From an uncultured Microthrixaceae bacterium (GTDB lineage: Bacteria > Actinomycetota > Acidimicrobiia > Acidimicrobiales > DATDAH01), in contig CAZWMT010000020.1 in assembly GCA_964635055.1 (NCBI GenBank), positions 25,145 to 89,144 of the forward strand: DNA of 64,000 nucleotides, in the 5' to 3' direction. Shown one piece after another: positions 62,290-64,000 of the stretch (position 1 is its first letter; each line of letters begins with the position of its first letter). The position numbers and the translations under genes were made by a program. Under the pieces are notes generated by a model. That model made no database searches. It saw only the letters and a program-made list of their open reading frames with translations, and was not told the origin of the DNA.

Positions 62290-62916
62290 TTACCCCTGGT
62301 CGTTCGTTGTGGAGGAGCTCGGGCTCCCCGCAGACGCGCCGTGCGACGCTACGTGGTCGAGGAACAGTCGGTGCAACCGCAGGTCGTCCGAGAGCTCGGG
62401 GTGGAAGGCCGCCACCAGCACCGGACCCTGCCTGCACAGCACGGGCCGCCCGTCGACCGACGCCAGCACCGCCACCCCGGGCCCGGCCCGTTCGATGACC
62501 GGCGCCCGGATGAACACCGCGGGGAAGTCGCCTCCTTCGATGCCGGCCACGGCCAGGTCGGCCTCGAAGGAGTCGATCTGGCGACCGAAGGCGTTGCGGC
62601 GCACGTCGACGTCGATGGCACCGAAGCTGCGTTGGTCGTCCCGGCCGTCGAGCACCTGGTCGGCCAGCAGGATCATCCCCGCGCAGGTGCCGAAGGCCGC
62701 CATCCCGGCTGCCAGTCGTTCGGCCAGCGGCTCGAACAGGTGGTTGGCCTCGAGCAGCATGGAGATGGTGGTGGACTCGCCGCCGGGCAGGACGACGGCG
62801 TCCACCGACGCCAGCTGCTCGGGCGTCTTGACCGCCACCGGCTCGGCCCCCAGGGCCCGCAACGCCGCCGCATGCAACGACGACGCCCCCTGGAGGGCGA
62901 GCACGCCGACCTTCAC
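62290..62916 (-). CDS. pdxT: PLP synthase glutaminase subunit
   Basis: VGVLALQG, PGGESTT, GTCAGMI, RNAFGRQ, FIRAP, FHPE; start GTG 62916. Confidence 0.96.
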   Translation of the reverse strand: MKVGVLALQGASSLHAAALRALGAEPVAVKTPEQLASVDAVVLPGGESTTISMLLEANHLFEPLAERLAAGMAAFGTCAGMILLADQVLDGRDDQRSFGAIDVDVRRNAFGRQIDSFEADLAVAGIEGGDFPAVFIRAPVIERAGPGVAVLASVDGRPVLCRQGPVLVAAFHPELSDDLRLHRLFLDHVASHGASAGSPSSSTTNDQG

Positions 62917-62923
62917 GCTGCTG

Positions 62924-63838
62924 TTACCAGCCCCGGTCGGCCAGCTTGGTGTCGAGCGCGTCCATCTCCAGGCCGGGCATGGCCTTGCCGAGGCCACGAC
63001 TGACCTTGGCCAGGATGTCGGCGTCGGCGTAGTTGGTGGTGGCCTCGACGATGGCCTTGGCCATCACCGACGGCTGGTCGCTCTTGAAGATGCCGGACCC
63101 GACGAACACCGCCTGGGCGCCGAGTTGCATGACCAGCGCCGCGTCGGCGGGCGTGGCGATGCCGCCGGCGCAGAACATCGGCACCGGCAGCGTGCCGGTC
63201 TCGGCGACCTCCTGCACGAGGCCGACGGGCGCCTGCAGCCGCTTGGCCCAGTCGTAGACCTCGGCCGAGTCGGCCTGGGTGATCTTGCGCATGTCACCCA
63301 GGATCGAGCGCAGGTGACGCACCGCCTCCACGATGTTGCCGGTACCGGCCTCGCCCTTCGAGCGGATCATGGCCGCGCCCTCGCTGATGCGGCGCAGGGC
63401 CTCGCCCAGGTTGGTGGCGCCGCACACGAAGGGCACCGTGAACGCCCACTTGTCGATGTGGTGGGCCTCGTCGGCGGGGGTGAGCACCTCGCTCTCGTCC
63501 ACGTAGTCCACCCCCAGCGCCTGCAGGACCTGGGCCTCGGCGAAGTGGCCGATGCGGGCCTTGGCCATGACCGGGATGGTGACCGTGGCCTTGATGCCCT
63601 CGATCATCTCCGGATCGCTCATCCGGGCCACGCCGCCGTCGCGCCGGATGTCGGAGGGCACCCGCTCGAGGGCCATCACCGCGACCGCACCGGCGTCCTC
63701 GGCCACCTTGGCCTGCGCGGGGTCGACGACGTCCATGATGACGCCGCCCTTCAGCATCTCGGCCAGACCACGCTTCACGCGCATCGTGCCGGTCTCGCGC
63801 CCGATCGAACTGGTCCCCGTTGCCTCGTTGTCACCCAT
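62924..63838 (-). CDS. pdxS: PLP synthase lyase subunit
   Basis: [43 protein letters not shown] end. Confidence 0.98.
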   Translation of the reverse strand: MGDNEATGTSSIGRETGTMRVKRGLAEMLKGGVIMDVVDPAQAKVAEDAGAVAVMALERVPSDIRRDGGVARMSDPEMIEGIKATVTIPVMAKARIGHFAEAQVLQALGVDYVDESEVLTPADEAHHIDKWAFTVPFVCGATNLGEALRRISEGAAMIRSKGEAGTGNIVEAVRHLRSILGDMRKITQADSAEVYDWAKRLQAPVGLVQEVAETGTLPVPMFCAGGIATPADAALVMQLGAQAVFVGSGIFKSDQPSVMAKAIVEATTNYADADILAKVSRGLGKAMPGLEMDALDTKLADRGW

Positions 63839-64000
63839 GGCCCGAGTCTAGGAGGGCCACCCTGTCACCCGGCGACCCGTATCGGCGCGAGATCGGACCG
63901 GGCCGGACCCTCACCGGCCGCTCATTCGGTCCGAAGGCGCGCCGCCGGTTCGTGACAGACGACCCGGTGAGCCGGCCACCAGGCGACGGCCGCCGCCGAG

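Noticed and set aside
63851..64000. Possible gene end at the right edge
   Set aside because: Too short and no recognisable motif to assign a frame or product

Overview
High-GC actinobacterial chromosome segment, most consistent with Acidimicrobiia (an inference from gene order and accessory genes). It is almost entirely core housekeeping genes on the minus strand. In transcription order: pdxS-pdxT-yebC, ruvC-ruvA-ruvB, a carboxylate-amine ligase and an M20 amidohydrolase, queA-tgt-yajC-secD-secF, apt-relA, a GH5 endoglycoceramidase-like gene, aspS, rarA, alaS-ruvX-mltG-aroE, a DUF4388-like protein, prepilin peptidase, acyl-CoA dehydrogenase, aroC-aroK-aroB-aroQ-pepQ-efp-nusB, pyrR-pyrB-pyrC-carA-carB-pyrD-pyrF, mIHF-gmk-rpoZ-coaBC-metK-priA-rsmD-def-fmt, mogA, and an FMN-riboswitch-led ribD-ribE-ribBA-ribH operon. 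The few plus-strand genes are an ABC pair, an LPXTG protein, an FHA-GAF-adenylate cyclase and one membrane protein. I found no rRNA, tRNA, CRISPR array, transposase or prophage. The most interesting non-standard signals are: (1) MIRU-like 65-bp units at the secD/secF and ruvA/ruvB junctions, plus unrelated inserts at pyrC/carA and fmt/mogA, each encoding a micro-ORF that preserves (A/G)TGA stop/start coupling at both ends; (2) a PyrR-binding hairpin plus a terminator/antiterminator that appears to lie inside the pyrR coding region; (3) an AT-rich KstR-like operator upstream of the FMN riboswitch; (4) a NusB-linker-GNAT fusion; (5) a duplicated priA 5' end forming a coupled micro-ORF; (6) a probable CTG start codon; (7) a PxFTG-COOH tail on a secreted GH5. 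All family assignments come from motif recognition by eye, not from database searches.
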